The translations under genes and the position numbers were made by a program. The notes below the pieces were generated by a model. It worked only from the letters and a program-made list of their open reading frames with translations. It did not search any database and was not told the origin of the DNA. Source: an uncultured Aeromonadales bacterium (GTDB lineage Bacteria > Pseudomonadota > Gammaproteobacteria > Enterobacterales > Succinivibrionaceae). Taken from it: 64,000 bases of DNA. Location: positions 5,750-69,749 of the forward strand of contig CACYPI010000002.1 of assembly GCA_902776275.1 (NCBI GenBank). The letters are read 5' to 3'. Numbering within the stretch: position 1 is the first letter of the stretch; each line of letters opens with the position of its first letter. This document shows, one piece after another, positions 35,415 to 44,339 of this stretch.

Positions 35415-36161
35415 ATGCTGTTTGGCAAGAAAAACCGTTTCAAGGGGCTGCCCAGGCTCAAGCGCAGGGGCAAGGAGCCGCCTCCCTTCTATGCTGGAGC
35501 TGAGCAGCTGTTTTTAAGCTCGGACTCGCTTCCCGATCCGCTGAGGCTTAGGGTCCACCGCAGCTTAAGCTGGCTCGTGGAGTCCGACAAGGTGGCCCAG
35601 GCGAGCCTTGACTGCCAGTTCATCACGCTGTGGATCGCCTTCAACGCAGCCTACGGCAGGGAGATGGGACCGTCGGAGTCCTCCGGCGACCGGGCTGGTT
35701 ACAAGGAGTTCATCGGCATAGTCTGTAGCCTGGACGACGAAGGACTCATCGGAAATGCGCTCTTTACGACCTTCTCGCAGGCGGTGAGGGTGCTGCTTGA
35801 GGATCGCTTCTGCTACCAGCCGTACTGGAACGCGGTCAACGGGCGCTCGTCGATGGCGTCGGCCTCCGACCGCTTCAAGGAGGAGCGCCGCCGCGCCTAC
35901 CAGGCGCTGCAGCAGGGCGATCACTCGAGGCTCCTGGCCATCGTGGTAGACAGGCTGTACACCATAAGGAACCAGGTGCTGCATGGCGGGGCGACCTGCG
36001 GCAGCTCGGTCAACCGCAGCGTGGTCAAGACGGGGATCGGGATCTTGAGATCGGTGGTCCCTTCGTTCCTGGTGGTGATGATGAAGCACCCGGGCGACGG
36101 CTGGGGCGCCCCTTACTACCCTTATTCCAATAATCCTGGCGAGGAAGGCTGGAAAGCCTGA
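35415..36161 (+). CDS. HEPN-domain protein (Rx4H motif), putative RNase
   Basis: The segment DRLYTIRNQVLHGGATCGSSVNR carries the R-N-x-x-x-H-G HEPN signature. The predicted fold is helical, with FITLWIAFNAAYG upstream. The start is ambiguous (35415 ATG or 35361 GTG). Confidence 0.55.
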   Translation: MLFGKKNRFKGLPRLKRRGKEPPPFYAGAEQLFLSSDSLPDPLRLRVHRSLSWLVESDKVAQASLDCQFITLWIAFNAAYGREMGPSESSGDRAGYKEFIGIVCSLDDEGLIGNALFTTFSQAVRVLLEDRFCYQPYWNAVNGRSSMASASDRFKEERRRAYQALQQGDHSRLLAIVVDRLYTIRNQVLHGGATCGSSVNRSVVKTGIGILRSVVPSFLVVMMKHPGDGWGAPYYPYSNNPGEEGWKA

Positions 36162-36315
36162 CCGAGCCTGCCTCCCGAGAGGACAGGATCATCGAAGATG
36201 GCAGGATCGCCGCGCCTCCATATGGCCGAGGCGCCGTGCCATGATGCCATGATGCGATGAGCATGCTTAAGCCTGTCAGCTCCCCAGGATCCCCTCGAGC
36301 GAGCCTGCCTGATCC

Positions 36316-36864
36316 TCAAGCACCCTGCAGGCATAGGTGAACACCGGGAAGCCATAGGCGAAGCTCACCTTGGCCCTGACGCTGCAAAAGCACTTCGCGC
36401 AGCGCCGGGGCGGCGCGGCGGGAGGCGGTGATGACCACGAGGATCCCGCTGTCGCGCAGCGACCACCTGATCCCAGAGATCACGCGGGAGTAGAGATCCA
36501 AGGGCATCGACCAGAGATCAGGCCTCAAGATCACCAGATCCAGCGCATTGATCCCGCTGCGCGAGAGCGCGTAGGGCAGGAGCTCGGCCTCCGGGCCATA
36601 AGTGCACGAGGGCATCGCCGCGATCATGCGGTTGCGCTCGGCGTCGTCGCTGTCGAACACGAAGAGCCGCCTGCTGCCCCCGAGCTTTCCCTCAAGGCCT
36701 GGGCAGGAGACGCCCCTGCCGATGATGGCCGCAGCCTCGGCGCCGCCTTGCTCCAAGCCGTCAACAAGCGACAGCGCCTCCTTGCAAAAAGCCGCGCCGG
36801 CTGCCTTGCGCGCAAGCCTCCTTGCAATATCCATCACCGCACCAGCCATGGCAAAGCCCTCCAT
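36316..36864 (-). CDS. Hypothetical protein (182 aa), weakly Rossmann/methyltransferase-like
   Basis: The translation is plausible compared with the antisense frame. Alternating beta-alpha pattern (RLFVFDSD...LDLVILRPDLW...GILVVITA). No diagnostic motif. Confidence 0.4.
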   Translation of the reverse strand: MEGFAMAGAVMDIARRLARKAAGAAFCKEALSLVDGLEQGGAEAAAIIGRGVSCPGLEGKLGGSRRLFVFDSDDAERNRMIAAMPSCTYGPEAELLPYALSRSGINALDLVILRPDLWSMPLDLYSRVISGIRWSLRDSGILVVITASRRAAPALREVLLQRQGQGELRLWLPGVHLCLQGA

Positions 36865-36889
36865 TGAAGTGAAGTTTTTCCTGGCTAAA

Positions 36890-36909
36890 GGGTAGGGGGC
36901 GGGGGGGGG
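36890..36909. repeat. G-rich tract GGGTAGGGGGCGGGGGGGGG, including a G9 homopolymer
   Basis: Read directly from the sequence. It lies between the divergent starts at 36864 and 37010. Confidence 0.95.
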
Positions 36910-37009
36910 TAAGCGCGATTGCGGGCTTTGTTAAAAATCCCGCGCCATGCGGGGGGCGCCGGGTGGGAGCCTACTATAATGACGGGACACTATTTCCCAG
37001 GAGTTCCAC

Positions 37010-39916
37010 ATGAGCCTTACGTCATTCTTTGCAACCTGCCCCAAGGGCATCGAGACCTTGCTGTTCCGCGAGATCACGGATCTCGGATTGAGCGACGTCC
37101 GCGAGACCGTGGCCGGCGTGTCCTTCCGCGGTAGCTTCGACGATGCGCTGAGGGTGTGCCTGTGGAGCAGGTTCGCCTCGCGCGTGCTCATGGAGCTCTC
37201 ATCCTTCGAGGCTCCGACCGATACCGAGCTCTACATGGGGGCTGCCGGGATCTCCTGGGAGATGTACTTCACCCCCGGCGAGACCATCGCAGTCGACTTC
37301 AGCGGCGAGAACGAGGCCATCCGCAACACCCAGTACGGGGCGCAGAAGGTCAAGGACGCCATCTGCGACCGCTTCCACCAGGCGCTGGGCTCGCGCCCGG
37401 ACGTCGACAAGGAAAACCCGGATGTCAGGATCTACTGCCATCTGGAGCGCCGCGGGACCGCCTCGGTCTCCATAGATCTCTCAGGCAGGCCGCTCTTGCG
37501 CCGCGGGATCTCGCGCCAGACCGGCGCGGCCCCGCTCAAGGAGAACCTGGCCGCGGCCATGCTGGCGCGCGCCGCCTACGACGGCGGCTGCGTCTACGAT
37601 CCGATGTGCGGCTCGGGCACGCTCCTCATCGAGGCCGCGGCCATGGCCACTGACACCGCGCCGGGGCTGCGCCGCCGCAACTACGGGTTCTTCAAGCTAA
37701 AGCAATTTGACGGCGAGAAGTGGCGCTCCCTTCAGCAGGAGGCGCTCGAGCGCTCAAAGCAGGGACTTGAGAAAGCGAAGCAGAACGGCGTGAGGATCGT
37801 GGGCTCCGACAGCGATCCGGAGATGGTGGAGGATGCCAGGGGCAATGCGCAGAAGGCGGGCTTCGAAGGCCTCATCGAGGTTTCCCAAGGCAGCGTCGAG
37901 CAGATGAAGAACCCGTTTGCTCAGGGCGTGCAGGCGCTTGTCATCACCAACCCGCCGTACGGCAGGCGCCTTGGCAACGAGAACGACCTCATCGCCCTCT
38001 ACATCAGCCTGGGCGACGGGCTCAAGCGCGAGTTCGCCGGCTCCCGCGCCGCAGTCATCTCCTCCTCGCAGGATCTGCTCTCGTGCATGAGGCTGCACGC
38101 CGACAAGGTCTACAAGCTCTTCAACGGCGAGATCCCCTGCCAGCTGCGCGTGTACGCCTTGAACGCCGGGCGCGGCGGCGATGCGGAGGGCGGGGAGCTC
38201 CAGGACAAGGCCTCCGACTTTAGAAACCGCCTTGCAAAGAACTTCGCGCATCTAAAGAAGTGGGCCGAGCGCGAGGGCACCGACGCCTACAGGCTATATG
38301 ACGCGGACGTGCCAGAGTTCCAGGCCGCGGTCGACTACTACGCCGGGCGCGTGATGATCCAGGCCTACCTGCAGAAGGACGCCAGCCCCAAGATCCAGCG
38401 CGCCCGCGAGCTTGACATGATAGCCGGGGCCATCGCGGCCTTGGGCGCCAAGGGCAGGGACGTGGTCTTGAAGAGCCGCGAGATCCAGCGCGGTTCGTCC
38501 CAGTACGAGAAGGCGCAGACGCAGACAGGCGAGTTCTTCGAGGTGCACGAGGGGGCGATGCGCTTTCTAGTCAACATCCGCGACTACCTCGACACCGGGC
38601 TGTTCCTCGACGCCAGGCTCATCAGGAAAATCCTCAATGAGAAGGCGGAGGGCAAGCGCTTTTTGAACCTTTTCTGCTATACCGCCACGGCCTCGGTGGC
38701 CGCGGCGCTGGGCGGGGCCGCCTCCACCACGAGCGTCGACATGAGCAAGACCTACCTGGAGTGGGGCAGGCGCAACCTCGAGCTCAACGGCTGCGGCGAG
38801 GATCAAAACCGCCTCGTCCAGGCCGACGTGCTCTCCTGGCTGAGCCAGAACCGCGAGGGCGGTAAGTTCGACCTCATCTACGTTGACCCGCCCACGTTCT
38901 CCAATTCAAAGCGCATGCGACAGAACTTCGACGTCAGGCGCGATCACGCAAGGCTCCTGGGCAATGTCACGAACCTGCTCGAGGATGGCGGGACCGTGAT
39001 CTTCTGCACCAACAGCCGCGGCTTCAAGCCTGACATGGAGGCGCTCGGCGCCTTCGGCTACGAGGTGTCGGACATCTCATCAAAGACCCTGCCTGAGGAC
39101 TTCAAGCGCGACGCCAGGATCCACAGCTGCTTTAAGCTCACGTACTGCGAGGAGAAGCGCACCGCAGCGCCCGAGCCCTTCGAGGCCGGCCCTGCGCCCA
39201 AGTGGCAGAAGGAGATCGGCGGCGACCGCGAAGGCGGCAGGGACGGGCGCGCCGAGCGCTCCTACGGCGGCCGACGCGAAGGCGGCTTTGGCGATCGCGG
39301 CAGGCGCTATGGCGATCGCCGCGAGGGCGGATATGGCTCACGCTCAGAGCGTTTTGGCAGCAGGAGGGACGACCGCTTCGGCGACAGGGCTAGACCCTAT
39401 GCAGAGCGCGATGAGCGCAGCTCCTATGACGGCAATGTGTGGAACCGCCGCGAGCTTGAAAACGAGAACGCTGCCGAGGAAGGCAAGCTGCACCTGAAGA
39501 AGGACTTTGGGCGCAGGCGGGATGCCGGCGATCAACGCTACGGCAGGCGCGACGACCACTTTGGCGGCGGCAGGCGCGAGGGCGGCTACGGCAGCCGCTC
39601 CGACCGCTTTAGCGACCGCAGGCGCGATGAACGCCGCGAGGGCGGCTATGGCGAGCGCTCCGGACGTTTCGGAGATCGCAGGGGCGATGGCCGCGAGGGC
39701 GGCTATGGCGAGCGATCCGACCGTTTTGGCGATCGCAGGCGCGATGACCGCCGCGAAGGCGGCTTTGGCGGGAGGCCTGACCGCTTTGGCGACCGCGACC
39801 GCCGCTACGGCGATCGCGACGGCAGGCGCGGCGACCGCAGGGACTCAAGGCGCGACGGCGAGGAGCGCAAGCCCGCCGGCCGCGTGTTCGGGCCTGACGG
39901 AGTGAAAGACCTGTGA
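37010..39916 (+). CDS. rlmL: Bifunctional 23S rRNA (m2G2445/m7G2069) methyltransferase RlmKL with a ~255-aa Arg/Gly/Asp-rich C-terminal extension
   Basis: It has a THUMP-like N-terminus, an NPPYG motif (ITNPPYGRRLG), and a second SAM-MTase domain (DLIYVDPPTFS). It is followed by uup, as in E. coli. The core ends near nt 39150 and the remainder is RREGGYG/DRFGDRR repeats. Confidence 0.9.
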   Translation: MSLTSFFATCPKGIETLLFREITDLGLSDVRETVAGVSFRGSFDDALRVCLWSRFASRVLMELSSFEAPTDTELYMGAAGISWEMYFTPGETIAVDFSGENEAIRNTQYGAQKVKDAICDRFHQALGSRPDVDKENPDVRIYCHLERRGTASVSIDLSGRPLLRRGISRQTGAAPLKENLAAAMLARAAYDGGCVYDPMCGSGTLLIEAAAMATDTAPGLRRRNYGFFKLKQFDGEKWRSLQQEALERSKQGLEKAKQNGVRIVGSDSDPEMVEDARGNAQKAGFEGLIEVSQGSVEQMKNPFAQGVQALVITNPPYGRRLGNENDLIALYISLGDGLKREFAGSRAAVISSSQDLLSCMRLHADKVYKLFNGEIPCQLRVYALNAGRGGDAEGGELQDKASDFRNRLAKNFAHLKKWAEREGTDAYRLYDADVPEFQAAVDYYAGRVMIQAYLQKDASPKIQRARELDMIAGAIAALGAKGRDVVLKSREIQRGSSQYEKAQTQTGEFFEVHEGAMRFLVNIRDYLDTGLFLDARLIRKILNEKAEGKRFLNLFCYTATASVAAALGGAASTTSVDMSKTYLEWGRRNLELNGCGEDQNRLVQADVLSWLSQNREGGKFDLIYVDPPTFSNSKRMRQNFDVRRDHARLLGNVTNLLEDGGTVIFCTNSRGFKPDMEALGAFGYEVSDISSKTLPEDFKRDARIHSCFKLTYCEEKRTAAPEPFEAGPAPKWQKEIGGDREGGRDGRAERSYGGRREGGFGDRGRRYGDRREGGYGSRSERFGSRRDDRFGDRARPYAERDERSSYDGNVWNRRELENENAAEEGKLHLKKDFGRRRDAGDQRYGRRDDHFGGGRREGGYGSRSDRFSDRRRDERREGGYGERSGRFGDRRGDGREGGYGERSDRFGDRRRDDRREGGFGGRPDRFGDRDRRYGDRDGRRGDRRDSRRDGEERKPAGRVFGPDGVKDL

Positions 39917-41793
39917 GCCTCATCACCATCATGGACGCCTCGCTCGCCTACGGGGCGGATCAGCTTCTGTCCCACGCCGACCTCTCGGTCGACGAGCACG
40001 AGCGAATCTGCCTCGTGGGCAGGAATGGCGCTGGCAAGTCGACGCTCCTCAAGGTCATCGCGGGCGAGCGCGAGCTCGACGAGGGCAGGATGGTCCAGTC
40101 AGGCTCCCTGCGCATCACCAGGCTCGAGCAGGATCCCCCGGAATACGCTGAAGGAACGGCCTACACGCTGGCCGCCTCCAAGATCCCGGTGGTGGGCGCG
40201 GCGCTTGCAAAGTTCTCCACCGAGGAGGATCCCGACGCCCAGGCCAGGCTCGCCTCGTTCATCGAGCAGAACGACGGCTGGAAGCAGGACGGGGAGGTCC
40301 GCAGGATCCTAAGCAGCATCGGCATCGAGCCTGACATGCCGCTTGCCACGCTCTCAGGGGGGTGGAGGCGCAAGGCCGCCCTCGCCTCGGCTCTCGTTAC
40401 CGATCCTGACGTGCTGCTCCTGGACGAGCCGACCAACCACCTTGACATCGAGACCATCGACTGGGTCGAGGGCTTCGTCAACTCCTTCCGCGGGACGGTC
40501 ATCTTCATAACGCACGACCGCCAGTTCGCCGACGACTGCGCCACGCGCATCGTCGAGCTCGACCGCGGCAAGCTCTACTCCTATCCGGGATCCTTCAACC
40601 GCTACATGGAGCTGCGCGAGGAGCGCTTCCGCATGGAGGATCTCAAGAACCGCGAGTTCGACCGCGTGCTCTCCGAGGAGGAGGCGTGGATCCGCCGCGG
40701 CGTCAAGGCACGCCTTGCGCGCAACGAGGGCCGCGTGCGCGACCTCGAGGCGATGAGGCTCCAGCGCGCCCAGAGGCGCGACCGCACCGGCAAGGTGATC
40801 ATGCAGGTCAACGAGGCCGATCGCACCGGCAACATCGTCTTCGATCTGCGCGACGTCAGCGTCTCGTTTGATGGCCGCACCATCATCAAGCCCTTCTCGG
40901 CAACCGTGATGCGCCACGACCGCATCGGCATAGTCGGACCCAACGGCGCCGGCAAGACCACGCTCATCCGCTGCATCCTGGGCGAGCTCAAGCCCACCCA
41001 TGGCTACATCCGCACCGGCATGAACGTGCAGCCCATCTACTTCGACCAGTACCACGAGCAGCTCAATCCGCAGAAGACCGTCGCCGAGAACGTCGCCGAC
41101 GGCCACACCGAGGTGATCATCAACGGCAAGAGCAAGCACGTGATCTCCTACCTCTCCAACTTCCTGTTCACCGGACGGCGCGCCCGCTCGCCGGTCTCCG
41201 TGCTCTCAGGCGGCGAGAAGAACCGCCTGCTCCTGGCGCGGCTCTTTGCCAGGCCCTCGAACGTGCTGGTGATGGACGAGCCCACGAACGATCTCGATCT
41301 CGAGACGCTCGACCTGCTTGAGGATCTCGTCTCCTCGTACCCGGGAACCGTGGTGGTCATCAGCCACGATCGCCGCTTCATCGACCATGTCGCCACCGAG
41401 ACCTGGGTCTTCGACGGGCTGGGCGGCATCGAGGACGTCGTGGGCGGCTGGCGCGACGTGCTCGCCTACTACGAGCGCGTCAAAAAGCCCGCGGCCCCCG
41501 AGCAGAAGTCCGCCCGCGCCGCCGCCGAGAAGGAGCAGCCGCGCAAGCGGGAGAGGCGCAAGGGCCTTACTTTCACCGAGGAGCATGAGCTAGGCGAGAT
41601 CCCAGCCAAGGTCGAGAAGATGGAGGCGGATCTCGCCTCGCTCGACGCCGAGCTTGCCGATCCTGCGCTCTACTCGGACGGCGGGGCCAAGGCCGCCGAT
41701 CTCGTAAGGCAGCGCGAGGAGGCCCAGAAGGCCCTGGACGCGGCCTACGCGAGGTGGGAGGCGCTTGAGGAGAAGGCCGGGGAGGGCAAATGA
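39913..41793 (+). CDS. uup: ABC-F family ATPase Uup
   Basis: The GTG start overlaps the rlmL stop. The N-terminus (V)SLITIM... parallels E. coli Uup. It has two ABC cassettes (GRNGAGKST, LSGGWRRK; GPNGAGKTT, LSGGEKNR) and a C-terminal coiled coil. Confidence 0.9.
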   Translation: MSLITIMDASLAYGADQLLSHADLSVDEHERICLVGRNGAGKSTLLKVIAGERELDEGRMVQSGSLRITRLEQDPPEYAEGTAYTLAASKIPVVGAALAKFSTEEDPDAQARLASFIEQNDGWKQDGEVRRILSSIGIEPDMPLATLSGGWRRKAALASALVTDPDVLLLDEPTNHLDIETIDWVEGFVNSFRGTVIFITHDRQFADDCATRIVELDRGKLYSYPGSFNRYMELREERFRMEDLKNREFDRVLSEEEAWIRRGVKARLARNEGRVRDLEAMRLQRAQRRDRTGKVIMQVNEADRTGNIVFDLRDVSVSFDGRTIIKPFSATVMRHDRIGIVGPNGAGKTTLIRCILGELKPTHGYIRTGMNVQPIYFDQYHEQLNPQKTVAENVADGHTEVIINGKSKHVISYLSNFLFTGRRARSPVSVLSGGEKNRLLLARLFARPSNVLVMDEPTNDLDLETLDLLEDLVSSYPGTVVVISHDRRFIDHVATETWVFDGLGGIEDVVGGWRDVLAYYERVKKPAAPEQKSARAAAEKEQPRKRERRKGLTFTEEHELGEIPAKVEKMEADLASLDAELADPALYSDGGAKAADLVRQREEAQKALDAAYARWEALEEKAGEGK

Positions 41794-42668
41794 CCGCTTA
41801 CATATCGCCTATTGATTTGCATTCGCACTCCAAGGCATCCGACGGGGCGCTGAGCCCTTCCGCGCTCGTCGAGCGCGCCAAGGCGCGCGGGGTGGCCACG
41901 CTCGCGCTCACCGACCATGACACGGTTGGCGGGGTGGAGCAGGCCGCCGAGGCCGCGTCAAAGCTCGGGGTCACGCTCATCCCGGGCTGCGAGATCTCGA
42001 CCACCTGGCTCAACCGCCAGATCCACGTCGTGGGACTTTATTTGGACATCCGCAACGCAGGCCTTGAGGCCTTCCTGGCTGGGCAGAGGCAGCACCGCAT
42101 CGAGCGCGCCCAGGCCATCGGGCGCAAGCTAGAGCGCCAGGGCTTCCACGACGCCTACCAGCGCTGCCTTGAGCGCGCCGACGACGGCGCGAACATCACG
42201 CGAGGCAACTTTGCGCGCTTCATCTTCGAGGAGGGGAAGGCGCAGAGCATCGACGACGCCTTCAACGCCTACCTGAAGAAGGGCCGCTCGTGCTATGTCT
42301 CGACGCACTGGGTGGACATACGGCAGGCGGTGGACGCCATCCATGGCGCAGGCGGGGCGGCGGTGCTCGCCCACCCCAGGCGCTACGATCTCACCAACAC
42401 CAAGCTGCGCGAGCTCATCGCCTACTTCAAGGAGTGCGGCGGCGAGGCGATGGAAGTGGCCTCCTGCCAGCAGCGTCCGTGCGACCGCGACTTCCTGGCC
42501 TCCCTGGCCTCCGACAACGGCCTGCTCGCCTCGCTGGGCTCGGACTTCCACCAGGCATCGCCCTGGCGCGATCTGGGCCACAACCTGAGGCTGCCCGAGG
42601 GGCTCAAGCCCGTGTGGGAGTGCCCGCAGGCGCGCAAGTTCCTTGCTGCGGCTCCAAAAGCCATGTGA
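41790..42668 (+). CDS. yciV: PHP-domain phosphoesterase YciV/TrpH (RNase AM)
   Basis: IDLHSHSKASDG...ALTDHDT...EISTTW...HVVGL...AHPRRY...GSDFH match E. coli YciV along the whole length. There is an ATGA overlap with uup. Confidence 0.85.
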   Translation: MTAYISPIDLHSHSKASDGALSPSALVERAKARGVATLALTDHDTVGGVEQAAEAASKLGVTLIPGCEISTTWLNRQIHVVGLYLDIRNAGLEAFLAGQRQHRIERAQAIGRKLERQGFHDAYQRCLERADDGANITRGNFARFIFEEGKAQSIDDAFNAYLKKGRSCYVSTHWVDIRQAVDAIHGAGGAAVLAHPRRYDLTNTKLRELIAYFKECGGEAMEVASCQQRPCDRDFLASLASDNGLLASLGSDFHQASPWRDLGHNLRLPEGLKPVWECPQARKFLAAAPKAM

Positions 42669-42809
42669 CACAAGCAAACCTATCCTATACTTGACGCATG
42701 GGAGGCTGGGCTGCAGGCCCGGCCATTTAATTGCCAGCAGGCTTTGCGCCTTGCTGGCAACTCGACCTTGAAATACAACACGACAGAAAGAACCATTCAG
42801 GTAAAGCAC

Positions 42810-43442
42810 ATGGAAGCCCAGTACATAACCGTCCATCCGGACAACCCGCAAAAGCGCTTCGTAACGCAGATCTGCGGGATCCTGGACAAGGGCGGCGTCG
42901 GGGTGATCCCCACCGATTCGGCCTACGCCCTCTGCTGCAAGCTTGAGCAGAAGGACGCGGTCGAGCGCATCGCCCGCATCAGGGAGATCAGCCGCAAGCA
43001 CAACTTCACGCTGCTCACGCGCGACCTCTCTGAGCTGTCCACCTACGCCCGCGTGGACAACAGCGTCTTCCGCCTCATCAAGAACAACATCCCCGGCCCC
43101 TACACCTTCATCCTGCGCGCGACCAAGGAAGTGCCGCGCAGGCTCATGAACGAGAAGCGCCGCACCATCGGGCTGAGGGTGCCGGACAACGCCATATGCG
43201 CATCCGTGCTCGAGGAGCTAGGCGAGCCATTGATGAGCTGCACGCTCATCATGCCGGGCGACGATGAGCCGCTGTCCGATCCGGTCGAGATCCACAACCG
43301 CCTCTCGAAGCTCGTGGACGTGATCATCGATGGCGGCGTGGTCGAGCCCAGGCCGACCACGGTTGTCCGCTTTGACAACGACGACGGGGAGCCGGTCATA
43401 AGGCGCGTGGGCGCCGGCGATCCCTCCCCGTTTGAGCCGTGA
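42810..43442 (+). CDS. yciO: YciO (Sua5/YrdC/TsaC-fold) protein
   Basis: MEAQYITVHPDNPQKR...IPTDSAYALCCKL...HNFTLLTRDLSELSTYARVDN...PGPYTFIL is colinear with E. coli YciO. It is adjacent to yciV, as in E. coli. Confidence 0.85.
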   Translation: MEAQYITVHPDNPQKRFVTQICGILDKGGVGVIPTDSAYALCCKLEQKDAVERIARIREISRKHNFTLLTRDLSELSTYARVDNSVFRLIKNNIPGPYTFILRATKEVPRRLMNEKRRTIGLRVPDNAICASVLEELGEPLMSCTLIMPGDDEPLSDPVEIHNRLSKLVDVIIDGGVVEPRPTTVVRFDNDDGEPVIRRVGAGDPSPFEP

Positions 43443-43452
43443 GGAGATGTTC

Positions 43453-44061
43453 ATGCGCATAAGTGCACTGGCAATTGCAGGGTGGATCCTAAGCGGCGTC
43501 CTGGCCGCGGCATCGGCGGCGCCCGCCGCCCGCGGCCCCGAGGAGGTCTCGCTTGACGCCAGTGCGCCGGAGCCTGCTCATGACAGAGAGCTCCAGCAGG
43601 CGGCCCCGCTTCTGCAGAACAGGTTGGTTGAGGATGATTCGGAGCTTGACGACGAGCGCGCCAGGCTGCGCGAGGAGCTGCTGCGCGATCGCGCAGCCGA
43701 CTTCAAGTCGCGCTCCATCCAGGCCTCGGCAGGGGAGAGCGAGCGCATGCGCCTTGGGCTCCAGCAGGCCAACCGCAAGCGCGCCGAGGAGCGCGGGCGC
43801 GCCATTCTGGCCGAGCGCGAGGAATCCAGCGGCGAGGCCACCGAGGAGGCCAAGGAGGTCAGCCGCTGGGCCCGCGAGGAGCAGCTGACCGATCAGGAGC
43901 GCACCCGCCGCGCCGCCCAGGGCAACGCGCTTGCCAGCAAGCGCCAGGGCTACAACAGCATGGTCAGCGGCATGCAGGCCTGGGCCTCGGGCCAGGACGT
44001 CTCCAACGCCAGGAAGGAGCAGCGCTCCAGGACGGGAAAGGACGATGGCGGCGAGCAATGA
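43453..44061 (+). CDS. Secreted, highly charged hypothetical protein
   Basis: ATG at 43453 lies 6 nt after GGAG. Signal peptide MRISALAIAGWILSGVLAAASAAPA, then an E/R/Q-rich region with probable coiled-coil character. Confidence 0.5.
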   Translation: MRISALAIAGWILSGVLAAASAAPAARGPEEVSLDASAPEPAHDRELQQAAPLLQNRLVEDDSELDDERARLREELLRDRAADFKSRSIQASAGESERMRLGLQQANRKRAEERGRAILAEREESSGEATEEAKEVSRWAREEQLTDQERTRRAAQGNALASKRQGYNSMVSGMQAWASGQDVSNARKEQRSRTGKDDGGEQ

Positions 44062-44116
44062 GTGCCCCGCAAAGGGCGTTGCGATCAATTGCGTTGAAAA
44101 CGTATTTTCATGGGTG

Positions 44117-44150
44117 AAGCCGTTGCATTTGCAACGGCTTTGGTTGCTTT
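44117..44150 (+). terminator. Rho-independent terminator
   Basis: AAGCCGTTGCA-TT-TGCAACGGCTT, followed by TGGTTGCTTT. Confidence 0.55.
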
Positions 44151-44339
44151 GGGAGCGCACCGCAAGATCCCATAAAATATAAAAAATCTGATCGACCTCA
44201 CAATAGGCTAGAATAGCCTTGAACAGGAGCCATCGGTTTTCAGGAGCCGATGCCGTGGAGGCTTTGCCAAAGCCGCTATGAAAGCGTCCGCGGGAAATCT
44301 CCTTAATCCAGTGTCACGGGAACGCCCGCTAAAGAGCCC

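Noticed and set aside
35149-35517. 122-aa and 84-aa ORFs upstream of and overlapping the HEPN gene start
   Set aside because: Their translations are R/S/G-rich, with no RBS. They overlap the leader or start region of the better-supported HEPN frame.
36370-36867. 165-aa plus-strand ORF
   Set aside because: It is antisense to the 182-aa minus-strand ORF. Its translation (runs of R, H, P, D and G) looks non-protein-like. The minus frame is itself only weakly supported.
44215-44339. Possible c-di-GMP riboswitch upstream of the GGDEF pair
   Set aside because: Only a short CAAAGCC-containing hairpin resembles GEMM. The paired P1/P2 architecture and conserved tetraloop-receptor features are not visible.
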